Source: Chrysochromulina tobinii
Taxonomy: Eukaryota
Length of the DNA stretch: 42,320 nucleotides
Direction: 5' to 3'
Assembly (NCBI GenBank): GCA_001275005.1
Contig: JWZX01003213.1
Coordinates: 1 to 42,320 of the forward strand
Shown: positions 1 through 10,359 of the stretch, piece after piece
How the letters are laid out: every line of letters begins with the position of its first letter
How positions within the stretch are numbered: position 1 is the stretch's first letter
Translations under genes and position numbers: made by a program
The notes under the pieces: generated by a model
What the model saw: the letters and a program-made list of their open reading frames with translations, nothing else
Database searches by the model: none
What the model was told of the DNA's origin: nothing

Positions 1-136
1 TGGCGGCGAGGGCGGCGGAGGCGAGGGCGAGGGCGGCGGCGGGGATGGTGGTTGCGGCGGGGGCGGGGTTGGAGGCAGTGAGGGCACCATCACGCACAAA
101 GCAAACTCGAAGCGTGAAGGGCAACACCTCGCACAC

Positions 137-180
137 GTCACAGCCGCTTCATTCTCATGTCACAGCCGCTTCATTCTCAT
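137..180. repeat. 22-bp tandem duplication (GTCACAGCCGCTTCATTCTCAT x2) upstream of the DHHC gene
   Basis: Exact copies at 137-158 and 159-180. Confidence 0.9.
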
Positions 181-289
181 TTCACAAGGAAAAAAGGACG
201 CGAGCAAACCTGCCTCATCAGAACGAAATTTGGGCGTCGTGCTGGTGTGCAGCGAGTGCTGGCGCCTGCCGGCGCCTGGGGTGCTGGTG

Positions 290-1006
290 ATGCCCTCTGC
301 ACCTCGGCAATCCCTGCCGGTGCGAGGAGTCCAGCATCTGGGTGACGACGACGAAGATGCAGACGGTTTTCGGCTCGAGGACCTCCCTCCACTGCCACGC
401 CCAAACACAGCCGTGATGCGCTCGGAGGCGTGCACAGGAATCACGGTGGTGCTTGTCCTCATCACCCTGCTCGTTGGCGTTCCGCACGCTTTGCGCTTCG
501 GTAGCGGCTGGCAGTGGCCAGCAGCCGGCGAACCATTCGATTCGACCGCAGCCTGCTTCCTGTGCCTGTACGTCGAGAGCACGATCGCGCTGCTCTGCCT
601 GCTCGGTATCATCTTTGGTGACCCCGGCGTCCTCAAACGCAGCCGTGAGCGTTGCTTCCCAATACCCCCTGCGGTGCTCGAGCGTCTGCGCTCGGGCCAG
701 TCGCTCGCGGGAATGGACAATGTCTACTCCTCCGATGGCCACGTATACTGCATTCGCTGTTGCATTTGGCGACACCGGCGACGACCGAGTAGAATCGGCG
801 GTGCCTTCTGCGTCAACATAGAGGACGAAAACGTCCACCACTGCTCGGTGTGCCAGCGGTGTGTGCGTCATTTTGATCACCACTGCGGCGTCTTTGGACG
901 TTGCATCGCGGGCGACGGCTGTCGCGGGAACATGGGATACTTCAAGATGATCCTTACGATGGCTCTCGCGGGCTTCATGACGTGCTTCGCTGCCATTGCT
1001 CAATAG
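290..1006 (+). CDS. DHHC-type zinc finger protein (palmitoyltransferase family), short C-terminus
   Basis: Two N-terminal hydrophobic helices, DPG motif, then YCxxC...HHCSVCQRCVRHFDHHCGVFGRCI and a following NxxYF helix. The first in-frame ATG is at 290; the track start at 230 is non-ATG. Confidence 0.85.
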   Translation: MPSAPRQSLPVRGVQHLGDDDEDADGFRLEDLPPLPRPNTAVMRSEACTGITVVLVLITLLVGVPHALRFGSGWQWPAAGEPFDSTAACFLCLYVESTIALLCLLGIIFGDPGVLKRSRERCFPIPPAVLERLRSGQSLAGMDNVYSSDGHVYCIRCCIWRHRRRPSRIGGAFCVNIEDENVHHCSVCQRCVRHFDHHCGVFGRCIAGDGCRGNMGYFKMILTMALAGFMTCFAAIAQ

Positions 1007-1453
1007 AATAGAGCACAGTACCATATCAAGCGAATCGCACAAAGCGAAGTGAACTCGCTCACGCGCACGTACGTACGCACGCACGCACGACCGGGCACGT
1101 AGATTTCTGATTTGCGTGCCTGCCTTGCTGTACAGTCGCTTCCCCCAAACGATTAATAATAAAATATTAACACAGCCAGCGTCGGTGGCGGTCGTTCCGA
1201 GTTCGGTGGTATCGGTGCACGGTGCTCGGTGGCAGATCTTCGGGCCCATTGTGAGGCACATTGTGAGGCGCCTGTCTTATGCATTTTTTCCACTGCGCGC
1301 GCACTGGGGGTACACTGGTCGAACCCTGGACCCCCTATCACAGCCATATTCACAGCCAATGTTTATAATTCGACCCCCACAGAGGAAAGCGCTTTTATTG
1401 ACTTGAAAGTCCGAGGAAAGCGCATTTTTGCCGCAGCCGCCCTTGCGTGGTAG

Positions 1454-2944
1454 ATGCTCGCACGCCTAGTCCGGCAGCCTCCACGGTCCGCCGCGCCATA
1501 TGGCCGTGTGCTTGCCGTAGGCTATCGCCGCAGCCTCTGCTCTTCCTCTTCGCAGAGTGCTGCGTCCGCTGCGCAACCAACCGTTGTCGTGGAGGTGCCA
1601 GAGGGGTCCACAAATGTCGAACCCAAGGAGAAGGATCTGATGATGACGCCGCGTGAAATCGTTGACGAGCTCGACAAATACATCATCGGCCAAGCCGATG
1701 CGAAGCGTGCGGTGGCGGTCGCAATGCGAAATCGGTGGCGCAGGCAACGTGTCGCATCGCCCCTCAAGGAGGACATCATGCCAAAGAACATTCTGATGAT
1801 CGGCCCGACCGGCGTGGGCAAGACGGAGATTGCACGCAGGCTTGCCAAGATGGCGCGTGCGCCTTTCATCAAGGTCGAGGCCACCAAGTTCACCGAGGTC
1901 GGCTTCGTCGGCAAGGACGTCGACCAGATCATCCGGGACCTCGCCGACACGGGCATCCAGATTGCCAAGGCGCGCGCGATGGAGAAGATCAAGGAGAAGG
2001 TTACTGCGCGAGTGGAAGAAAAGCTGCTCGATTGCCTCGTCGGGCCGTCTAACATCCAACACAATCGCGAGGCCTTCCGCAAGCTGCTGCGCATGGGCCA
2101 CCTGGACGACCGGCTGATTGAGATCGAGGTACCCGAGAAGAAGTCGGGCAACCCGCAGTTTGAAGGTGGCGGCGGCAACCAATTCCCGATGAACGAGATC
2201 ATCCTGCGCTTCGACAAGATGATGCACGGGCGGCAGAAGATGGAGAAACGCGAGATGCTGCTCAAAGACTCGGTCCCAATTCTGACGGAACTCGAGTCGG
2301 AGAAGATGATCAACGAGGATGACATCAAGCGGTCGGCGATCCACCTCATCGAGCAGGAAGGCATCGTCTTCATCGACGAGATCGACAAGATCTGCTCGAA
2401 GAATGACTTCCGCGGCTCGGCCGACGCATCTTCCGAGGGTGTGCAGCGCGATCTGCTGCCGCTGCTCGAAGGTTCGCAGGTCCAGACCAAGCACGGAAAC
2501 ATCAACACCGACCACATCCTCTTCATCTGCTCGGGCGCATTCCACTATTGCAAGCCGTCCGACCTGCTCGCCGAACTGCAGGGCCGGCTGCCCATCCGCG
2601 TCGAGCTCAAATCGCTCACCGAGAATGACCTGCACCGCGTCCTCACCGAGCCCGAGAACAACCTCGTCAAGCAGCAAGTGGCCATGATGAAGACGGAAAA
2701 CGTCGAGCTCCAAATCACCGAGGGAGCCATCCAGCGCATGGCCAAGCTCGCGACCGAAATCAACCGCGACGTCGAAAATATTGGCTGCCGGCGGCTGCAC
2801 ACCATCATCGAGCGGCTCATGGAGGATCTCTCCTTCTCCGCCCACGACCGCGCTGGCGAGCGCGTCGTGCTCACTGAGGACGATGTGCAAAAATCGGTGG
2901 GCGACCTGCTAAAGAAGACGGATCTCTCGCGCTTTGTGCTCTAG
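1454..2944 (+). CDS. hslU: HslU (ClpY) ATPase subunit of the HslUV protease, probably mitochondrial
   Basis: TPREIVxELDKYIIGQ, Walker A GPTGVGKT, EATKFTEVGFVG, Walker B VFIDEIDKI, GVQRDLLP, ELQGRLPIRVEL and the C-terminal DLSRFVL tail. The Arg/Ser-rich, acid-free N-terminus resembles a mitochondrial presequence. No intron. Confidence 0.96.
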   Translation: MLARLVRQPPRSAAPYGRVLAVGYRRSLCSSSSQSAASAAQPTVVVEVPEGSTNVEPKEKDLMMTPREIVDELDKYIIGQADAKRAVAVAMRNRWRRQRVASPLKEDIMPKNILMIGPTGVGKTEIARRLAKMARAPFIKVEATKFTEVGFVGKDVDQIIRDLADTGIQIAKARAMEKIKEKVTARVEEKLLDCLVGPSNIQHNREAFRKLLRMGHLDDRLIEIEVPEKKSGNPQFEGGGGNQFPMNEIILRFDKMMHGRQKMEKREMLLKDSVPILTELESEKMINEDDIKRSAIHLIEQEGIVFIDEIDKICSKNDFRGSADASSEGVQRDLLPLLEGSQVQTKHGNINTDHILFICSGAFHYCKPSDLLAELQGRLPIRVELKSLTENDLHRVLTEPENNLVKQQVAMMKTENVELQITEGAIQRMAKLATEINRDVENIGCRRLHTIIERLMEDLSFSAHDRAGERVVLTEDDVQKSVGDLLKKTDLSRFVL

Positions 2945-3417
2945 ACGAGTGTTCCCCAGTGAGGTGCGGGGCGGAAGTTCGGGGCGGCTGCGTGTAACGG
3001 ACAATCTGCGTCTGCGCACTCTACTGCGTTTCTGAGTCGAGGCCTCCGGCTCCGCGACCGTCGTGGCTCGTGCTGGCTCGGGTGGGCCGTCGACCCCAGC
3101 GACGTCACGCGGAGCGCGCTCATTGGCGGCATTGCGTGTGAAACCTTAAGTGCTGGTGGAAACGTAAAATATCATAATAACAGCATGGAGTTAACACTAT
3201 ACGATACGTGGCCCTCCACAGTCCGCCGCGCCCCGCGCACCCCCCGCCGACCGGCCGCAACACCGCGCTCGTGTACCGACCGTCGCGGGGCGGCCTCCTG
3301 GGGATTCTCGGTCGCGGGTTGCGGCGGGGCGCAGCATGCGCATGGCTTGAGCTTTTAAGAGCTTCAGAGCTGCTAGACACGTGCCGCTGCCACTGCCTCT
3401 AATGCTGGTCCTCGCGC

Positions 3418-4323
3418 CTACGCGCCATCTCCTTGCGCAGCGAGCTTTGCATCCGCCTGCGCCTTCCACTGCTGGCTCTTTGCCGGATTCTTGTCGATGA
3501 ATGTGACCACGGAATCGACAATCTGCACACACGATCGCACTCATCTCAGAGGGGCGCCATGAGTAAGGTGTGGCTGGCATTTTGGGTTGCCCACCTTCAT
3601 GACTGCATCGTCCGCTGCATCCGTGGACGCAATCGAAACCGTAACGTCTGCCATGCGGTGCCCGTCTTTCCACCTGTCCAGTACATCGTCGGCACCGTCG
3701 GCAGGCAGGGCGACGTTCTCGGGAGCTTCTTGTTCGAGATGGACTACGAGTCCCTGCTGCATGATTGAGTAGTCGCGCGTGCTGATAGCCCCATCCCAGG
3801 TGATGAAGACGCTGCGGCTGTAGGCCTGTACTTGCTGTACAATGGCAGCCGCGAGCTGCTCCACATTTCCCAATGGTTCCGATGCCACCAGCTTCGCCAG
3901 CGTCACGGGCTCGGCACCCGCCGATAATTGCTGGTATGTGCTGATCATCAAGGCGTTGATGTCATAGCATCGGTACCGTGTGAGGCGACGCGCGAGAACA
4001 CGACCTACAGCAGTCTTCTTGGGGCCCAGACCGACTATCCACAGCGAGCAGCCCTTGAGCTTTTCGCTCAGCTCCTTTGCCTTTTCGTCCCTGCCCCATG
4101 CATCTGCCAGCTGTCCGGGAGGAATATTGTCGACGGCTTCAGGCGGAAACGCCTGGCTGTCGGACAAGCGTGCCAGCGCACGTCGACGGGGACCCTGCAC
4201 CTTCGCCGAGTCACCTAGTGGCTTGGCCAGCCAGCTCGCGGCCACATGCGTGCAGCCGAGCAACATCACCGGCACAAAGCAACGAAGGACGCCAGTGGTC
4301 CTTGGAGACTGTCGGCCCACCAT
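3418..4323 (-). CDS. Shikimate kinase-like protein with degenerate P-loop; 2 exons (4323-3595, 3522-3418)
   Basis: KELSEKLKGCSLWIVGLGPKKTAVGRVLARRL..Y...D resembles the plant/algal shikimate kinase N-terminus. A 72-nt intron at 3594-3523 (AAG|GTGGGC...TGCAG|) gives a clean C-terminus IVDSVVTFIDKNP...DGA*. Hydrophobic leader suggests plastid targeting. Confidence 0.7.
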
Positions 4324-4527
4324 GGACGCTCACGGCGCAAGGGCGAGATGACGGCGAGATCCCTGCGAAGGGAGTTGCGTGCTCCCTGTGAGACGCGCGA
4401 CGCATGTACATTACCGTCTAGGCAGATCTAGGTCTCGCAGTTCCGCGTCTTTGTTAATACGAATTTTCTCGTGTTGTTTCTCGCGCCTTTTTATGCACTT
4501 GGAGACTGATGGAGCCCTAGTCCTTCA

Positions 4528-6993
4528 ATGGAGTCCTTCGACGACTTCTGCTTGCCGGACGAAGTCTTCATGGCCGTGTGTGACCTCCTGCCCGGAGCGC
4601 CGCCGCTACCGCAGGCAGGGCTTGCATCGGCGGCACCAGCGCTTCCTGCGCCCCAACCCGCTGTAGCAGCTCCACCGAGCATGTTTGAGGTTTTCCTACC
4701 TCCAGGCCCGCTGCCACTGGTGCCTCCAGCAGCAATTTTATCGGCAGCGCCATCGCTTGCAGCACCAGCGGCAGCGCCAGCACATTCGGCCGGAGGGGCA
4801 GCCGGCGCGTCATACCATGCAGCGTTAGGCGAGGCGCAAGTCGTGCGAGCTCGGATGGCCCAAGTCGAGGCGGAGCTGCAGCAAGAGCGTAACCGCGTTG
4901 GCCAGATGGCTGCTGAGCTCCAAGCGCTACGCGGCGAGAAGAACGCTGGTTACGAGACGGAGATTCGCCGGTTGAGCTCCGAGCTTATTTTCAAGGAAGA
5001 CGAGGTGGTGCAGGCTATGGCGGCCAAGGCACAGCTGCAAAAGCAGCTTGACGAGCTGCAAAGCAATATGCTCCAGGGGCATGGTACCTACAAGGACCCC
5101 GCAGCCACTGGCCAGCAGCACGCCATGCCACCACCGAAAGAGGTGCCAGCCGCGCGCGCTGTTCCGGGCTCCGTGGCGCCTCGGGCCAACCCGCGCATGG
5201 CGGTCGGAAGCGCTGTTGGCGGCATGGGCCCGATCACAGGCACATCGCCGCTTTTCCACTCGCGCTCGATGCGTCCGTCGCCTTCGGCATCGAGCACGCG
5301 CAAGCGCCAGACGGCCGGAGATTCCTCACCTGGCAGGGCACCTCTCCCGGATGGCGCGACCATCGTTTGGTCCACTTCTGGTCCACCGCCGCCAGCAGCA
5401 CCCGCACCCCGAACTGCTGTGCTGCGCCCCGCGTGCCATGCCGCCACCGCTTGCCACGCCGCTGCCGCACAGCCACCACCGCACTGTACGATAGCGCCAC
5501 CGCCTGCCGCGCACGTGCCAGCAAGCAGGTCTTGCGATCACGTCGGCGTGCACCCGGACGAGGACACGCCAGTTGCGGAACTTCATGACACGTCTACACC
5601 AAAGGCTGTTGCACCAGGCATGCCGACTTGCTGGCCACATACAATGACGCCGCACATGCACTCGCCGTTCGAGCCAGAGAATCGTGCACGCCGTGCGGCC
5701 GCGTCGGACGGCGTGGCCCCCGTGGCAGCCGTGTCTCTGGATTCCTCTGCACAGCAAGGGATGCTTCTCGTCTCGCGGCTACTCGCCCGCTCCGACTCGA
5801 ACTTGCGCCGCCTCGTATTTGAGCCGACGCTACCCACGGTCCGTGATGCCCTCGAAGGTGTAGCGACGTTGCCGCATCAAAATCTCGCATCGCGCCTGCT
5901 GCTGGCAGTGCAGTTGCTGCTGACGGGGGGCGAGGCGAGTGCGCCGCTGCTCGTGCAGGCGCTATCCCCACATTTGGTGCTTCCTGCCGCAGCCACCGTC
6001 TCCGGTGCCGACACGTTAGTGCATGCAAGCTGGCGGCTTTTGTCGCACCTGCTCATTGAGAGCGACTCGTGTCGCCAGTGCGTGCTGCGAGGGTGGTTGA
6101 CGGATCCCTCCGCATCGCACGATGAGCACACCCACTTCCCTACAACCATCGAGGTTGCGCACGGCTGCTGTGTGGAGGTGCTCCCAGGGGTTTGCCGACT
6201 CATCGAGCATATGAGCCATGCGGCCGAGTACGACCTGCTGCTACCTACGCTGCGAGGGCTTTCCGCTCTCGCGTGGACCGGGACCACCGCTTGTCTGCCG
6301 TGGCTGCGTGCCTGGCTGAGCAGCGAGAAGCGCGGCGGCATGGAGGTAGCACCGACTTTCAGCAGGCTGCTCAGCGCAGCCATGCCTTGGAGAGTTCGCC
6401 TCGAGTCGCTCGGGCTCCTTGGCTATACTCTGCAGAGCGAAGAGGCATTCGAGGCCTTCGCCACATCGGTGAGCTCGCCATGGGCCAGCCCAGCCACGCT
6501 TGTGGCTCTTGCCCTCAGCGCACGCGCCTCAGATGGTACGGACAAGTGCGAGTCTGGGATCGTCAATGATGACGACGGCCTTGGGACTACTCTCTCGCCC
6601 GAGGCGACGCTTCGCCAGGCTTCGCTCCGCCTGCTCTCGTCGCTCGTCGCTCGCCATGCTGGCGCATCGGAGCTTCTGCTCGCCCCTGCACTTGGCCTCG
6701 CCCTCCCCATGCGGCTCGTCTCGATGCTCCAATCACAGGTGCACGCGCTTCTGCGCCTGCATGGCCGGGAGCCGAGCATCGGCGAGCTTGAGCTCGTCAG
6801 GGAGAGCGTGTTGCTGCTCCTTGAGCTCGCCAGGGGCCCCACGAGCATGCAACAGGCACTTGAGGGCGGCTCGTGGAGTGCAGATCTCACCAGCGCCACC
6901 CTTTGCCTCGTGCGCAACGAGGTCCATCCGCAACTTGCAGACCTCTCGATGCCTGCCAAGCTCCTGCAGAATGCAATGGTGCGCGTGGCGTGA
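4528..6993 (+). CDS. 821-aa protein with acidic N-terminal motif, coiled coil, disordered linker and Leu-rich helical C-terminus; possible ATRIP/Rad26/Ddc2-like
   Basis: Long uninterrupted ORF. The coiled coil ends in EIRRLSSELIFKEDEV and the C-terminal half looks like an alpha-solenoid. The ATRIP assignment is inference only. Confidence 0.7.
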   Translation: MESFDDFCLPDEVFMAVCDLLPGAPPLPQAGLASAAPALPAPQPAVAAPPSMFEVFLPPGPLPLVPPAAILSAAPSLAAPAAAPAHSAGGAAGASYHAALGEAQVVRARMAQVEAELQQERNRVGQMAAELQALRGEKNAGYETEIRRLSSELIFKEDEVVQAMAAKAQLQKQLDELQSNMLQGHGTYKDPAATGQQHAMPPPKEVPAARAVPGSVAPRANPRMAVGSAVGGMGPITGTSPLFHSRSMRPSPSASSTRKRQTAGDSSPGRAPLPDGATIVWSTSGPPPPAAPAPRTAVLRPACHAATACHAAAAQPPPHCTIAPPPAAHVPASRSCDHVGVHPDEDTPVAELHDTSTPKAVAPGMPTCWPHTMTPHMHSPFEPENRARRAAASDGVAPVAAVSLDSSAQQGMLLVSRLLARSDSNLRRLVFEPTLPTVRDALEGVATLPHQNLASRLLLAVQLLLTGGEASAPLLVQALSPHLVLPAAATVSGADTLVHASWRLLSHLLIESDSCRQCVLRGWLTDPSASHDEHTHFPTTIEVAHGCCVEVLPGVCRLIEHMSHAAEYDLLLPTLRGLSALAWTGTTACLPWLRAWLSSEKRGGMEVAPTFSRLLSAAMPWRVRLESLGLLGYTLQSEEAFEAFATSVSSPWASPATLVALALSARASDGTDKCESGIVNDDDGLGTTLSPEATLRQASLRLLSSLVARHAGASELLLAPALGLALPMRLVSMLQSQVHALLRLHGREPSIGELELVRESVLLLLELARGPTSMQQALEGGSWSADLTSATLCLVRNEVHPQLADLSMPAKLLQNAMVRVA

Positions 6994-7500
6994 TACACGT
7001 TTTTGCTCCAAGGGGCGAAGTGGGGTCGGTCCACACTCGCGCAGGCCGCCGGCGCGCGAAGCCGGTGTGTTTCAAAACACACCTCACCGCACCCAGGATC
7101 GAGGATGCCTAGACGCTTGTCACGCTAGACGCCCTAGATGAACCCTTGAATAGCTTGATGAACCCTAGATGTTCCCCCACAGACAACACAAATTGGCGCT
7201 CAACCGGAACCGCCGCGTCCATCCATACATAGCGCCCACACTAGTAAGTTCGGCAATGAAGTTCGGACTTGGGACTGAGCCCACGCACGCGGCGGCCCTT
7301 TTCGCACGAAGGCGGGGCGGTCGATGCAAGCATCACCTTATGGTGGACGGCACTCAGGACGGCACCACTACGGCACCACCGACCACCACCGCCGCCCCGG
7401 GCCTAGAACCAACTGTTCACGGGAGGCCGGCCCCGCCTCCAAGTCCCCTAACACGTACCATTCACAGCCAACGGTATTCGTAACACAGACAAACTTTTCC

Positions 7501-10077
7501 ATGGCGGCGGCACACACAGCGTTCGTCCGCGGTGACTTCTCTGACGCGGCGAGGCAGTATGGACTTTTGCTCGACTGCAATTCTCTCAGCTTGCAGGAGC
7601 GAATCGTACTGCTTTGTAATCGTGCCGCCGCGTACGCTGCGATGGATCTGAACCGGAAGGCTCTGAACGATGCAGACGCAGCACTCGCATTGGATGCTGG
7701 ATGCTTACGTGCGCTGTTGATCAAGGGGCGCGCGAGCATGGAGCTCGGGCGAACGGACGTGGCCGTTGACACATGGGCTCGCGGCGCATCGGCCATCGAT
7801 GGCGATGTGGTTCTGGTGGCTGAAATGGCCAAGCTCGTAGCTCAACAAGCAGCACCCAAATCAACACCAAAATTAATGCCCATAATGCCTATGCCACCAC
7901 CTGCGCCACCACCTTCGCCACCTTGTTTGCCACCACCTGCGCCACCACCTGCACCACCACCTGCAGCCCTTGAAGCAACCAATGGCGTCCGAGACGAGAA
8001 GATTGCCATTAATATGCGCCAAGCAATCACGCTCTTTAACGCCGGAAAGAATGTTGAGGCCATAAAGCTCTTTACTAACATCATCAAGGTAGCACCGCAT
8101 CACGTCGGTGCCCTCTCCGGGCGCGGCACTGCGCATGCGATGGATGGCGATCTCGAACTGGCCCGACGTGATCTCGATGCGGCCCAGGAACTAAGGCCCA
8201 GAGATGTCGACTTGATGGCTCGCAGACTGCAGGTCTTGCAGGCCCTGGGCGAGCGTGACCTTGTCATCGTCGTGGCAACCGAGGTGCTCGCCGTCGATGC
8301 TCGTGACATGAATGCGTTGTTCATGCGTGGCAAGGCGTACCACGCGCTCCAGAACTATAGGCGCGCTGTGCTCGATTTTGAAGCTTTGCTGCACATTGCC
8401 CCGGCAGGGTCGACTGCTATCTTCAATTTGCTCGGCACTTCTCTCGCTGCTATGGGTCGATGCGCGGAGGCAATCCGGGCATATGAAGAAACGCTGAAAC
8501 TCGATCCTTCGCTCAAAGAGGTTTACATCAACCTGGGCCAGGCGTGCCGTGATTTGGGCCAAGTTCATCAGGCCGAAGTGCACTTCTCACGAGCAGTGGA
8601 CATGCAGCGAGGCTTCGTGCATTCACATTATCGACGAGCATTGCTTCGGCATGTCGTGGGCCGAACAGCGATGGCAATCGAGGACTTGATCGAGGTCGTG
8701 CGCATCGAACCGAGCCACATGGAAGCCCGAGCCCTGCTCGCTATCTCCTACGCTGCATGCAATGACTTCGAGAGAGCAGCGCAAGCGTTTGAGCAGCTAC
8801 TTGAGCGCGACCCACAGCACCCCGCATATCACCAGTACGTGTTCACGCAAATCCTCTGCTGTGAGCTCGACGCGCCGCGCTCAGCACGACGCATCTGCTC
8901 TCTTGTACCAGCGGAAGTGAAGCTCGGCATGTGCAAACAACTTCCGGCCGCCACGTCAGCAGCTGCCAGCAAGGCGAGCCTAGCCGAGATCAAAAAGTCC
9001 CTTGGCACTTCTGCCCGAGCGTCTGTCGGAGATGCACGCTCTGGGGATGTGACTTCGCTCCTCCTCGCGGCGCGGCCATTCGGGACGTTAATGCAGGTTC
9101 GCCTTGCTGGCTTCGTAGAGAACCTGCGCTTGCAACGGCAGGCCGGCCTGGCCGTGCTGGACGTTGCACAGCAGCTTCGCCTCCTGTGGGCACAAGGCCT
9201 AGACAAGTCGAAGACATATGGGTGGCGCAGCGCGTACGACGTGGCTGTGTGCTGGAGACAGCTGGGTGAGCCCAATGACAACGTTTGGTGGATCGACGGC
9301 ATGCCTCGGCGTGACTTCGAAGAGGGCTTTGGCTCGCATACGCCCATCCTGAAGGGCCAGCACGAGACCGTTCGCTACTATCCTCACTATCCTCGTGTCT
9401 TTAGTGCAATGAAGGCCCTGGCTGCACAGCAGTGGCTGTTGGACGACGAGCAGAAGGCAGAGCTTGCGCGTGCCAAAGACTGCCTTGACATCCGGCGGCT
9501 ACGAGGACGGGATGACTATGTGGTCAGCCCGTGCGGCGGATTCATCAGTGGTCAGCTCGAGGGCACTCGTCTCACTGTGCAAGATCGACCACCTGAAGGT
9601 GTCGATGTATCCATTCGAACACCTCTGACGCCGAGCCGATGGTCCGGCTACCACCTCGAAATGCAAGCTGCGTGGGAGCACGTGTGCGACGTAGCTGTGC
9701 CTTTGCTTGCGGCCCGCGGTGATGGTCCGCCCAACGACGCTTTCGTCAATGCTGTGTTACGCATCACATTTTTCTGGTACAATTTCATGCCTTTGACGAG
9801 AGGCTCTGCAGCAGTGGGTTGGACTTTCCTCATGGCGCTGCTTCTTGCCTGTGGCTTCGAAGTGGATTCGCAGGCACCTGATGGAATCTCTCTTGATTGG
9901 GAAGCTATTTTGACCCCATCCCCGTACGATTTTATTGCAGCGACACGCACCTGGTTGTTGCCCATCTGCAGACGTCGCAAGCAGTCAGTGGACGAGCTGC
10001 CATCAGTGGCTAACACCATCGCAACGTACCGCCAGATGCTCGACGCGCTCAACATACCCGACCAATTCTACATGTAA
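7501..10077 (+). CDS. TPR protein of the TTC13 / plant SRFR1 family
   Basis: Many TPR units and a Pro-rich linker. The C-terminal motifs GWRxxYxxAVxWRQxxEPxDxVxW, FxxGFGSHTP, GQxxxVRYYP, SIRTP, WYNFMPLxRGSA and DWEA match this family as I recall it. Start taken at ATG 7501; the ORF is open from 7324. Confidence 0.82.
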   Translation: MAAAHTAFVRGDFSDAARQYGLLLDCNSLSLQERIVLLCNRAAAYAAMDLNRKALNDADAALALDAGCLRALLIKGRASMELGRTDVAVDTWARGASAIDGDVVLVAEMAKLVAQQAAPKSTPKLMPIMPMPPPAPPPSPPCLPPPAPPPAPPPAALEATNGVRDEKIAINMRQAITLFNAGKNVEAIKLFTNIIKVAPHHVGALSGRGTAHAMDGDLELARRDLDAAQELRPRDVDLMARRLQVLQALGERDLVIVVATEVLAVDARDMNALFMRGKAYHALQNYRRAVLDFEALLHIAPAGSTAIFNLLGTSLAAMGRCAEAIRAYEETLKLDPSLKEVYINLGQACRDLGQVHQAEVHFSRAVDMQRGFVHSHYRRALLRHVVGRTAMAIEDLIEVVRIEPSHMEARALLAISYAACNDFERAAQAFEQLLERDPQHPAYHQYVFTQILCCELDAPRSARRICSLVPAEVKLGMCKQLPAATSAAASKASLAEIKKSLGTSARASVGDARSGDVTSLLLAARPFGTLMQVRLAGFVENLRLQRQAGLAVLDVAQQLRLLWAQGLDKSKTYGWRSAYDVAVCWRQLGEPNDNVWWIDGMPRRDFEEGFGSHTPILKGQHETVRYYPHYPRVFSAMKALAAQQWLLDDEQKAELARAKDCLDIRRLRGRDDYVVSPCGGFISGQLEGTRLTVQDRPPEGVDVSIRTPLTPSRWSGYHLEMQAAWEHVCDVAVPLLAARGDGPPNDAFVNAVLRITFFWYNFMPLTRGSAAVGWTFLMALLLACGFEVDSQAPDGISLDWEAILTPSPYDFIAATRTWLLPICRRRKQSVDELPSVANTIATYRQMLDALNIPDQFYM

Positions 10078-10359
10078 TCCGAAATTATGTGCTCGCGATG
10101 CTGGCTTAAGTCCATGGCGACCGTCCAAAATGCCTCTGTGCGGCTGTGCGCTGTCACTGCCACTGGTGTCAGAGTAACTTCAAGAGTAAGTTGGTGTATG
10201 TGCCGGCCGCTGTGACGCGTCCGGTTTGACTTTGGGGGGATTGAGTACCAACGCGCAAAGCGTGCTTACCACTAATAGTTAATTAGTTATCGTACGGAAC
10301 CACACTAGACATTTCTTGCACAGAACGCGTCACAGAGCCCCGTCGCCGACGCCGCGGCC

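Noticed and set aside
1466..2890. Long antisense ORFs over HslU, and similar ones over the GT77, coiled-coil, O-fucosyltransferase-like and CCCH genes
   Set aside because: These are shadows of strong GC3 codon bias, and the translations have no recognisable motifs.
1454..2944. Intronless bacterial-like hslU as recent horizontal transfer or contamination
   Set aside because: It has a mitochondrial-type presequence and host-like codon usage. HslUV is known from many protist mitochondria, and many neighbouring genes are also intronless.
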